From Candidatus Bathyarchaeia archaeon (lineage in GTDB: Archaea; Thermoproteota; Bathyarchaeia; Bathyarchaeales; Bathycorpusculaceae), in NCBI GenBank assembly GCA_049969855.1, contig JBMFOB010000010.1:1-49803 (forward strand): DNA of 49,803 nucleotides. Reading direction: 5' to 3'. Positions 38,524-46,814 of this stretch are shown here, in pieces. How positions within the stretch are numbered: position 1 is the first letter of the stretch; each line of letters opens with the position of its first letter. The notes under the pieces were generated by a model. That model was not told the origin of the DNA, made no database searches, and worked only from the letters and a program-made list of their open reading frames with translations. Made by a program: the position numbers and the translations under genes.

Positions 38524-40443
38524 GTGGCGCCTAACTCTGAAAGGGATAAAGTGGAAATAAGCCAGTACATTCTGGAGCATGTTCCAAAAGAGGCTGAAGT
38601 GACCAGAATAGAATATGAAGGACCAGCGCTTGCAGTTTACACTAAAAGACCAGAAATACTGGTGGAACAAAGCAGCGTAATAGCTGACATAGTCGGCATA
38701 ATAAGAAAAAGAATTGTTGTGCGCTCCGACCCATCTGTGAGGCTTCCGGAAAATGAGGCTGAAAGAATTGCAAAGGAGATAATACCAGCCGAAGCTGAGG
38801 TTACGGATATAAATTTTGACCCAAGCCTTGGAGAAATAATAGTTGAGGCAAAGAAGCCTGGGCTTGTCATCGGAAAAAATGGTGCGGTATTGCAGGAAAT
38901 TATTAGGCGAACTAAGTGGCGTCCCCATGTTTTAAGGAGCCCCCCGCTGCGGTCAAAAATAGTGGCACATATGAGGCATTATCTGCATTCTGAAAGCAAA
39001 GAAAGGGAACAAATCCTTAGGGTTGTAGGCGAAAGAATCTTTAGACCCAAAATTTACGATGTCGGAGACATTAGAATTACAGCCTTAGGTGGAGTGCAAG
39101 AGGTTGGGCGCTCAGCGTTTCTTGTTCAGACACGAGAAAGCAGTGTGCTTTTGGATTGTGGAATTAACCCTGGTTCTTCTAGACCTTTTGAGGCTTTTCC
39201 GAGGCTTGATAATCCAGCTTTTGAGCTTGATTCTTTAGATGCCGTTGTTGTAACTCATGCGCATCTTGACCATTGCGGTCTTGTCCCTTTCCTTTACAAG
39301 TACGGTTATGATGGTCCAGTTTACTGTTCTTCTCCAACTTCAAATTTGATGACTTTGCTCCAGTTGGATTATTTGGATGTGGCAAGTAAGCAAGGTTTGA
39401 TGGCGCCTTATGACCAGAAAGATGTGCGGGAATGCGTTCTGCACACTATTCCTCTTCGTTATGGCGTTGTAACAGACATAGCCCCAGACATTCGTTTAAC
39501 ACTTCACAATGCTGGTCATATTCTTGGCTCTTCCATGGCGCATTTGCATGTTGGCGAAGGCTTACACAACATTGTTTATACTGGCGACTACAAATATGGA
39601 AGAACCATGCTTTTAGAAGCTGCAACAACCGAATTTCCAAGAGTTGAAACCATCATAACTGAAAGCACCTACGGCGGAGCGGATGATATTATGCCTTCGC
39701 GAGTTGAAGCCGAAGAGCGTTTAACAGCCATCATAAACGAAACTTTGGAGCGCAGGGGAAAAGTTTTGATTCCAGTTCCAGCTGTTGGAAGAGCTCAAGA
39801 GATAATGCTTATAATTGACGGTTACATGCGCCGTGGATTAATGAAGGAAGCCCCAGTTTTTATTGAAGGCATGATTTCCGAGGCAACAGCCATCCACACG
39901 GCGTATCCAGAATATTTGGGAAGGGAAGTTCGCTACAGCATATTACATGATGGAGTTAACCCCTTCCAATCTGACTATTTCACAGTTGTTGAGCATCCAA
40001 ACGTGAGACAAGACATTATAGACGGCGAGCCATGCATTATTATGGCAACTTCCGGCATGCTTGAAGGCGGCCCAGTAATAGAGTATTTCAAAAACTTAGC
40101 AGATAATGAGAACAACACTATTATTTTTGTTAGCTACCAAATTGAAGGCACATTGGGAAGGCGTGTGCAGAAGGGCTTAACTGAAGCTACAATGATGAAC
40201 AGCGAAGGCAAAATGGACGTTGTAAAAGTTAGGTTGCGTGTGGAATCCATCGAAGGCTTTTCTGGGCACTCCGATAGGCGACAAATAACAAACTACATAA
40301 TTAACTTGAAACCTAAGCCTGAAAGAGTCATTGTTTGCCACGGCGAAAGAGCCAAATGCCTAAGCATGGCAAACTTCATCCAAAAAAGATGCGGAATCCA
40401 AACGCTCGTGCCCGCAATAATGGAAACATTTAGGCTATTATAA
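38524..40443 (+). CDS. fttA: beta-CASP ribonuclease aCPSF1 / transcription termination factor FttA
   Basis: N-terminal KH domains, THAHLDH, AGHILGS and FSGHSD; directly downstream of psmB. Confidence 0.95.
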   Translation: MAPNSERDKVEISQYILEHVPKEAEVTRIEYEGPALAVYTKRPEILVEQSSVIADIVGIIRKRIVVRSDPSVRLPENEAERIAKEIIPAEAEVTDINFDPSLGEIIVEAKKPGLVIGKNGAVLQEIIRRTKWRPHVLRSPPLRSKIVAHMRHYLHSESKEREQILRVVGERIFRPKIYDVGDIRITALGGVQEVGRSAFLVQTRESSVLLDCGINPGSSRPFEAFPRLDNPAFELDSLDAVVVTHAHLDHCGLVPFLYKYGYDGPVYCSSPTSNLMTLLQLDYLDVASKQGLMAPYDQKDVRECVLHTIPLRYGVVTDIAPDIRLTLHNAGHILGSSMAHLHVGEGLHNIVYTGDYKYGRTMLLEAATTEFPRVETIITESTYGGADDIMPSRVEAEERLTAIINETLERRGKVLIPVPAVGRAQEIMLIIDGYMRRGLMKEAPVFIEGMISEATAIHTAYPEYLGREVRYSILHDGVNPFQSDYFTVVEHPNVRQDIIDGEPCIIMATSGMLEGGPVIEYFKNLADNENNTIIFVSYQIEGTLGRRVQKGLTEATMMNSEGKMDVVKVRLRVESIEGFSGHSDRRQITNYIINLKPKPERVIVCHGERAKCLSMANFIQKRCGIQTLVPAIMETFRLL

Positions 40444-40495
40444 TCATGTTAGGTTATTTCTCTGGAAGCATATAAGAAATGATGATGGTGATGAA

Positions 40496-40945
40496 ATGAA
40501 AAGGGCGATAGTTATTTACGACACGAAATTTGGCAACACAGAAAAAATAGCAAAGGCATTAGCCCGCGGCATGGAAAAGGGAGGAGTTAAGGTTGACTAT
40601 GTTAAGGCTGATGAAGTTGACGTTAATAGGCTGGGTGAGTATGATTTTCTGGCTTTTGGTTCACCTACTCATGCCTTTGGCATATCTAAGCCCATGAAAA
40701 CTTTTCTTGAAAAACTGAAAAGTGTGAACCTTAAAGGCAAGAAAGCGTTTGCCTTTGACACTAAGTTTAAGTCTTGGTTGGCGGGAAGCGCGGCAAAGGG
40801 GATTGAGAAAAGGTTGAGAGGATTGGGAATGATTATTGTTAAGCTCTGTACCTCAGCCATAGTTAAGGGTTCAGAGGGACCGCTTGCAGAAGGTATGGAA
40901 GAGAGTTTTGAAAAAATTGGCACTGAGATTGCAGAATTAATTTAG
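40496..40945 (+). CDS. Flavodoxin-like protein
   Basis: YDTKFGNTEKIA, GSPT and FAFDT. Confidence 0.85.
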   Translation: MKRAIVIYDTKFGNTEKIAKALARGMEKGGVKVDYVKADEVDVNRLGEYDFLAFGSPTHAFGISKPMKTFLEKLKSVNLKGKKAFAFDTKFKSWLAGSAAKGIEKRLRGLGMIIVKLCTSAIVKGSEGPLAEGMEESFEKIGTEIAELI

Positions 40946-41301
40946 GCTGCTGTTGGTATCGGCTCATTTGTTACTGGCGTTTTCTCTCGCCAAATCCTCA
41001 CGCCCGAAGGACAAATTACCACTCTTTCTTCGCCTAATCTTGCAATGTCGCCGCCCACAGACTCAGCAAACTCGCATAACTCGTTCACTGCTCTTTTAAC
41101 ATCGTCTATGCTTTTGTTCGCCAAAGGCGTTATCCTAAGAATAAGGATGTTTCCCGATTTAACCTCGTTTTTCACAGAATCCAAATCTGACAAGTCACGG
41201 AGGGGCATAGCCTTCAAGTAGGTTTTGCCGGGAATACCCTTAGCTTCTATTTCTTTTCCGGTTTTTTTGGATTTTCGGAATATGTCGCTTAAACCCGGCA
41301 A
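40942..41301 (-). CDS. sepF: Cell division protein SepF homologue
   Basis: GNILIL, GGDIARLGE and ICPSGVRI. Confidence 0.85.
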   Translation of the reverse strand: MPGLSDIFRKSKKTGKEIEAKGIPGKTYLKAMPLRDLSDLDSVKNEVKSGNILILRITPLANKSIDDVKRAVNELCEFAESVGGDIARLGEERVVICPSGVRIWREKTPVTNEPIPTAA

Positions 41302-41417
41302 ACTTCTCCTCTCTAACTCATATTTTACTTTTAACAGTTTAAGTGTTTCCTAATTTCACGTCTGAATTCTTAATAAAAATTTAGTATTAAAACATTTTAT
41401 GAATTCAAAATATGGAT

Positions 41418-41924
41418 TCACAGTTTCTTTATGAAATTCCATATTCTGTCGCCAGTGAAATGAACGTTTTTGACAACAACGCCTTGTTTAGCCTTTTCTG
41501 CTTCTTCTATGCCAAGTAATGCTTCGCCAACCGCTAATGGTTTACTATACTTCTCATCCACAACAATGACAAAATCGCCTCTTCCAAATTGTCCCTCAAA
41601 ACGTACTATTCCAGGCGCCATAACATCTGCTCCATTGCAGACGTGGGGAACGGCGCCCATGTCAACAACAACTTTAGCTGCAGAATTTAAAAAATCGCTG
41701 AAAACAAGGGTTGGGAAAATTCTTTCGCCAGTTTTGGCTAAGATTGGTTTGCCGTTGAATAGGTATATTTCAGCAAATTCTGTTTCCACAAGCTCCACAT
41801 TTCCTTTAAAGTTTAAAATTTGCTTTAAACTAACCCCAAATGTTTCCGAAACTTTGCTTAAGAGAAGTTTTGCCTCCTTATCCTTCAAGAAATATCTTCT
41901 ATATTTTTCTGGCATCTGCTGCAT
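41418..41924 (-). CDS. PUA-domain RNA-binding protein (MCT-1/Tma20-like, DUF1947)
   Basis: FPTL, VVDMGAVPHVCNGADVMAPGI and HFTGD. Confidence 0.9.
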   Translation of the reverse strand: MQQMPEKYRRYFLKDKEAKLLLSKVSETFGVSLKQILNFKGNVELVETEFAEIYLFNGKPILAKTGERIFPTLVFSDFLNSAAKVVVDMGAVPHVCNGADVMAPGIVRFEGQFGRGDFVIVVDEKYSKPLAVGEALLGIEEAEKAKQGVVVKNVHFTGDRIWNFIKKL

Positions 41925-41992
41925 CCTTTTAGATAGGTTTAAATGGTATAAGTTTAAGTATAAAAAGCATAAAGTCTAATTGAGGTTCCGAA

Positions 41993-42220
41993 ATGAGCGA
42001 AATGACAACAGAAATCCTTGAACAAAACCTTGGAAAAATAGTTCTCGTACGCCTTAAGGGTGGAAAAAGCTTACGGGGAAGATTGAAAGGTTTTGACCAA
42101 CACCTAAACCTTGTTCTGGAAGAAACAGAAGACACCACAAGCGCTGAAAACGTGAAAAAGCTTGGTTTAATAATAGTCCGAGGAGATAATGTAGTTCTGA
42201 TTTCGCCACCGCCAAGGTGA
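41993..42220 (+). CDS. Sm-like archaeal protein (SmAP1/Lsm)
   Basis: GRLKGFDQHLNLVL and IVRGDNV; upstream of rpl37e. Confidence 0.95.
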   Translation: MSEMTTEILEQNLGKIVLVRLKGGKSLRGRLKGFDQHLNLVLEETEDTTSAENVKKLGLIIVRGDNVVLISPPPR

Positions 42221-42225
42221 AAAGT

Positions 42226-42414
42226 TTGGGAAAGGGAACACCATCCTTTGGAAAGCGTGCGGGAAAAACCCTTCACATACGGTGTAGGCGATGTGGAAGA
42301 AGAGCCTATAACGTGGCGAAGAAGCAGTGTGCAGCATGCGGCTATGGAAAAACAACAGTTATTAAAACATATTCTTGGCGAAGCAGAAATCTTCACAGAG
42401 AAAGATTACGTTAA
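42226..42414 (+). CDS. rpl37e: 50S ribosomal protein eL37
   Basis: KGTPSFGK, HIRCRRCG and CAACGYG. The likely start is TTG 42226 after GGTGA; the alternative is GTG 42217. Confidence 0.95.
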   Translation: MGKGTPSFGKRAGKTLHIRCRRCGRRAYNVAKKQCAACGYGKTTVIKTYSWRSRNLHRERLR

Positions 42415-42426
42415 AACGCTTTTCGT

Positions 42427-43041
42427 TTATACGGATTCTGTTCTGTAATAGCCCTTGTCAATTTTAACGTAGATTAATGGACCCTTGCTTCTGGCAAGCT
42501 CTCTTGCTTTTCTCAAGGAAGTGTTGACAACGTGCACTATTTGTTCGCCTTCGCTTGTGTAGTTTCCTCTTTTTTCGCCAAGTTCCATTTTTAAGAGATT
42601 CTCCGCGAGAATTGATGTGCCGCAGATTTCTCCATTCTTTATCAGCGTATAAGTGACTATTTCTTGCATTTCTTGGCGGTTTGGAAGTCTCCTCCATAAG
42701 GGTTCTGCGTTGGCAAGAATTTTTGTAACCCTATCCCACTTGTTGGAGTTTTCATTACCTATGAGTAGCTTCACCCTTTCCTTCCATTTGTTGAACCATA
42801 TTTTTGTCCAAATGTCTAAGAATTCCTGCAACTCGTTTGGGTTTTCGTTAAAGAACTTTTCCAGATTCTCAACTATTTCGCATTCATTAGCCTCTTTCCC
42901 AACAAGGTTCCAGTGAAATCTAAGATAATTCGTTAAGTCTTGGCATGCTATTTGAAGCACTTTTCTGTCTGCGCCGAAAACTTCCAGTGTTGGGTTTATT
43001 TCTTTAAACTTGTCAGCCAATAATGTTTCTATGAAATTCAT
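42427..43041 (-). CDS. Hypothetical protein (204 aa, predicted helical, Trp-rich)
   Basis: Long ORF filling the gap, with ATG and a purine-rich SD. No family recognised. Confidence 0.75.
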   Translation of the reverse strand: MNFIETLLADKFKEINPTLEVFGADRKVLQIACQDLTNYLRFHWNLVGKEANECEIVENLEKFFNENPNELQEFLDIWTKIWFNKWKERVKLLIGNENSNKWDRVTKILANAEPLWRRLPNRQEMQEIVTYTLIKNGEICGTSILAENLLKMELGEKRGNYTSEGEQIVHVVNTSLRKARELARSKGPLIYVKIDKGYYRTESV

Positions 43042-43186
43042 TAGCTATTCCCTGCTGAAGCCTTCTCCACTTTAATGTTAAGCTGAGCTTTTAATTAAGC
43101 TTTATTTATGGTTGCTTCTATAACTTTTTTCGATAATTTTCAGCTATATTCCAATTTCAGAAATATTTAAAAGCCCAATTTAAAGG

Positions 43187-43882
43187 CTATTCGAGGAAAT
43201 CTGGAAGCTGATTGACGTTTTCAAGAATTAAATCTGGTTTTTCCCTCTCCAATTCTTTGCGAGAGAAGATTCCAGACAAAACTGCAACAGTTTTGGCTCC
43301 AGCATTTTTTCCCGCTTTTATATCCGCCACGGAGTCTCCCACAACTAAGCATTCGCATGGTTGGACGCTAAACTTTCTTGCGCATTTTATTAATGCCTCT
43401 GGTGAAGGTTTTGGCGTGTGCGTGTCAAGGGCTGTTATTATATGTTGAAAGTATTTTGCCAATCCGAAATTTTCCAACTCTTTTATGACGTTTTCTTTTG
43501 GAACATAACGCATGGTTATTAGGGCTAATGATGCCTTTTCTGAAAGTTTTTTGAGCGTATCCTCAATTTTTGGAATGGGCTTTGATTTTGTGGCTGTGGC
43601 TTTGTAATATGCATTTAAATACAATTCTAAAAACTTCTGCGTGTCAACTCCCTCCACTAAATCGTTTATTGGAAGATTCTGCTCAAGCCTCTTAGGAATT
43701 TCCGTAGCCACCTCAGTTGCCAAAAACTTCTGCCTCAACGATGCAAAGGCAGTTTTCACAGCTTCTGTGTAAGCGTCTCTTGAATCCACTATTGTGCCAT
43801 CCAAGTCTAAAAGTATACCCTTAACCTTAAACTTCACTTTCGCCAATTCAACACTCTCATTTATCGCTATCATTATTGCCAT
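43187..43882 (-). CDS. HAD-superfamily hydrolase (phosphoglycolate-phosphatase-like)
   Basis: DLDGT, KPSPE and VGDSVADI; start uncertain. Confidence 0.88.
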   Translation of the reverse strand: MAIMIAINESVELAKVKFKVKGILLDLDGTIVDSRDAYTEAVKTAFASLRQKFLATEVATEIPKRLEQNLPINDLVEGVDTQKFLELYLNAYYKATATKSKPIPKIEDTLKKLSEKASLALITMRYVPKENVIKELENFGLAKYFQHIITALDTHTPKPSPEALIKCARKFSVQPCECLVVGDSVADIKAGKNAGAKTVAVLSGIFSRKELEREKPDLILENVNQLPDFLE

Positions 43883-44086
43883 CTATTCAATAAGCTTTGT
43901 TAAATAAACATGAGCAAGAAAGAACCTAAAATCTAAGAGCGTCTATTAATTTTGGTTGTGTGGCAAGCCTAAAATTGACTAGTTAAGCAAATTGGGGGTA
44001 AACGTCGATAAGTTTTTATTTGTGGTTAATTGTCTAAGGTAAACACCAAACAAAAGTTAAAGTTAAAACCTTTAGGAATGATGGTG

Positions 44087-44395
44087 ATGGCTAGAAAAGC
44101 AAGAATACGCCTAACAAGCACAGACTACAAAAAACTAGAAGAAGTATGCGAAGAACTGAAAGCCATCGCCCAAAAAACAGGCGTAAAAATAAATGGACCT
44201 GTTCCATTGCCAACTAAAAGGTTGCGAGTTCCTGTTTTGAAGTCGCCGTGTGGCGAGGGGACCCAAACTTGGGATAGGTGGGAGATGCGCATTCACAAGC
44301 GTCTTATAGATATTGATGCTGAAGAGCGTGTGATGCGGCGTATTATGAGGATTCGGGTTCCAGAAGAAGTGCATGTAACCATAGAATTGGTTTAA
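44087..44395 (+). CDS. rps10: 30S ribosomal protein uS10
   Basis: [15 protein letters not shown] and [21 protein letters not shown]. The likely start is ATG 44087. Confidence 0.96.
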   Translation: MARKARIRLTSTDYKKLEEVCEELKAIAQKTGVKINGPVPLPTKRLRVPVLKSPCGEGTQTWDRWEMRIHKRLIDIDAEERVMRRIMRIRVPEEVHVTIELV

Positions 44396-44408
44396 CGGAT
44401 TATGCCGT

Positions 44409-44652
44409 TCATTTCCATTTGAAAAGTGGGCATTCCATGCATTTTTCCAGAAATTCTAAACCCTTCTTAGTTGTTTTGAAGCAGTTTTGTTTATCAATTT
44501 CTAGTAAGCCCTTCTGTAGAAGTATGTCCAAATACTGTTTAGCCTGCAAATATGAGAGACCAACATCTCGCATTAGCTCCGTTTTTTCTCTTTCCAGAAG
44601 CAGCCTTTTTCAATATTTCCATGGTAATGTCATGTCTATCTCTGTTAACCAT
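44409..44652 (-). pseudogene. Winged-helix transcription regulator (HTH_45/ArnR1-like), frameshifted
   Basis: Removing one base from the A6 run (T6 at 44582-44587 on +) gives MVNRDRHDITMEILKKAASGKRKTELMRDVGLSYLQAKQYLDILLQKGLLEIDKQNCFKTTKKGLEFLEKCMECPLFKWK (80 aa). Confidence 0.8.
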
Positions 44653-44677
44653 CTAAACCCACTAAAAGTTGTTTTAT

Positions 44678-45475
44678 TTATAATATAAGCTTGTATGAAA
44701 TCAATGTTAGAATCAAGCTTGCCGTAAAGGCTGAAGCCCAAATTTTTTTGTTCCACAAGAAAATTTTGAATCCATCAAGTATTCCAAATGGGATTAAGTT
44801 AAAAATGGCTATGGAAGCGTTAATAAAAGCCAAAAGCATAAAAATTGGATTTTGAATGAGAAAGGCTAAGCCTAACAGTAAGATTGCCAAGACAATATTT
44901 GTTGCTGGTCCTGCAATGGATATTTTTCCTATGCTCTTTTTATTGCCAAATCCAGATATCATAACAGCGCCCGGCGATATTATCTTGAAAATTGAAAATA
45001 TGGAAAGCAGCGTTAAAACGGCTCCGAAAATTGTTAATCTAAACTCTGCCCATAAGTCTTCCTTTTGTGCGACTATTTTGTGGGCTATTTCATGGGCTAA
45101 AAAGGATATTGTGAAAGCTGATGCAAATGCAACCAGCATAAATGTTTCATCCAGTCCCCAATAGGGTATAAATATTCCCGAGGACAATCCTATGCCAAAA
45201 ACTAGCAATGCAGCAATTGTCAAATGTTCAACTTCTTTCATGCTGAAGTATACTTTTTTCTTTGCTGTTTGAACTGGCAAATAGGTGACTGTGTATTCAT
45301 AGGATTTCTGTTTTTGGATTATTGGCAACTGTGTTTCTTCTCTTGGGGCTCGTGCCAATTCCATGTTTGGGCATTCATGAGCCTCTGGTAGGCGATGTTC
45401 TGGGCAGAAGTAGCCTCCACAGTATGGGCATCTGAAGGGTAGGAAAACTTCTTTCTGACATTTTTGGCATTTCAT
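44678..45475 (-). CDS. AN1-type zinc finger fused to M50 (site-2) membrane metalloprotease
   Basis: CQKC...LPFRCPYCGGYFCPEHRLPEAHEC, then HEIAH, IAGP and FNLIPFGILDG. Confidence 0.85.
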   Translation of the reverse strand: MKCQKCQKEVFLPFRCPYCGGYFCPEHRLPEAHECPNMELARAPREETQLPIIQKQKSYEYTVTYLPVQTAKKKVYFSMKEVEHLTIAALLVFGIGLSSGIFIPYWGLDETFMLVAFASAFTISFLAHEIAHKIVAQKEDLWAEFRLTIFGAVLTLLSIFSIFKIISPGAVMISGFGNKKSIGKISIAGPATNIVLAILLLGLAFLIQNPIFMLLAFINASIAIFNLIPFGILDGFKIFLWNKKIWASAFTASLILTLISYKLIL

Positions 45476-45608
45476 TTTGTTGGCACGCCTTTTGCGTTAT
45501 GATTGTTGTGGTTGGTTTTATTCTTTTTGTGTACCTGCGCAATAGTTATGACTTTTGATAAAGCTAATAGGTTGTTTGGGCATTAACAATTTGGTGGGAT
45601 GAAAAGGA

Positions 45609-46814
45609 TTGAAGGCTTTCAGTTTTGTCCACGCTGCGGATTTACATTTGGGTTATGCACAATATGGTCTAGAGATTAGACGCGAAGACTTTGACAGGGT
45701 TTTTCAAGAATTAGTCGACAAAACCATTGAGTTAAAACCGGACTTCATGATTATAGCTGGAGACCTATTCCATAATGCTCGCCCCTCAAACGTGACATTG
45801 GAAAATGCCATCAGAAACTTTGGTCGCTTAAGAGAGGCTGGCATTCCAGTTTTAACTGTTGATGGTTCGCATGATTCAGCCCCAAACGTTGTAACTGGAA
45901 CAATCTTGAATCCCTTGGATAGTGCTGGATTAATTTATCATCTGCCAAGACATGAGGGCGCATGCTGGAAAAAGCCCGACTGCTGTTACGTTTATGGTGT
46001 TCCAAACTTCAGAACTAGACGCAAAACTGAAGAGCTGCTTCCAGCTTTCATGGAACAAAATAAACCCACACCAGACCCGACACTTTTTAACATTTTCGTT
46101 TTCCACATGGCTTTAGACATTCAAAGCGTTAAACCACCATACATGGAAGCTGAGGCTTCACCAGAACTCATTCCAGAAGGCTTTAACTATTATGCGGCTG
46201 GGCATGTGCATACTCCATACATGGAAAAGTTCAAGAATGGACTTCTGGTTTACAGTGGGTGCACAGAAACAGTCAACTATGACGAGGCAAAAATCAAAAA
46301 AGGATTCTATTATGTTAGGGTTGACGAAAAAGGAATAGTTTCACCACAGTTTATAGAACTTCAATCCCCCCGAAAATTTATCGTTTTAGAACAAGATTTC
46401 ACTGGCGTAAATCCATCAAAAATCACTGAACTAGCCATTCAAATGGTGAAAGGAGCAGATGAAGACGGAGCAGTCTTAGTCCCCGTATTGAAGGGAAGCT
46501 TACCTGCAGAGGCAAGCAGAGCAGAAGTTGATGTTGCCCAAGTTAGGAGCGCCGCGGAAAAGGCTTTATTTGTGCATCCGCTTGTTTTGCTGCGGGAAAG
46601 CGAAGTTTCAGAGGAAGTTGTTCGTTCAATATTCGAAAGCGAACTTAAAGACTTGAAAACGAAGGCTTTCGAATATTTTATGCAAATTTTCTCCGAACGC
46701 TACAGCCGCGAAGAAGCCGAAAAAATAGCTCGCACCGCCATCCAACTCATTGAGCCTTTAACCAAGAAGGAAGAGGAAAAAGTGAAACAAACCTTAGAGG
46801 AGCTGCTGCAATGA
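45609..46814 (+). CDS. mre11: Mre11/SbcD-family DNA repair nuclease
   Basis: ADLHLG, AGDLF, GSHD and GHVH phosphoesterase motifs; coupled to rad50. Confidence 0.88.
   Translation: MKAFSFVHAADLHLGYAQYGLEIRREDFDRVFQELVDKTIELKPDFMIIAGDLFHNARPSNVTLENAIRNFGRLREAGIPVLTVDGSHDSAPNVVTGTILNPLDSAGLIYHLPRHEGACWKKPDCCYVYGVPNFRTRRKTEELLPAFMEQNKPTPDPTLFNIFVFHMALDIQSVKPPYMEAEASPELIPEGFNYYAAGHVHTPYMEKFKNGLLVYSGCTETVNYDEAKIKKGFYYVRVDEKGIVSPQFIELQSPRKFIVLEQDFTGVNPSKITELAIQMVKGADEDGAVLVPVLKGSLPAEASRAEVDVAQVRSAAEKALFVHPLVLLRESEVSEEVVRSIFESELKDLKTKAFEYFMQIFSERYSREEAEKIARTAIQLIEPLTKKEEEKVKQTLEELLQ

Noticed and set aside
41470-42396. ORFs 41470-41979 (+) and 41929-42396 (-)
   Set aside because: Antisense to the PUA protein and to Sm/rpl37e; no independent coding signal.
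37872-42414. psmB-aCPSF1 and Sm-rpl37e gene pairs as novel systems
   Set aside because: Well-known conserved archaeal linkages.
44419-44688. 89-aa plus-strand ORF in an apparent gap
   Set aside because: The region is better explained by the frameshifted wHTH gene on the minus strand.
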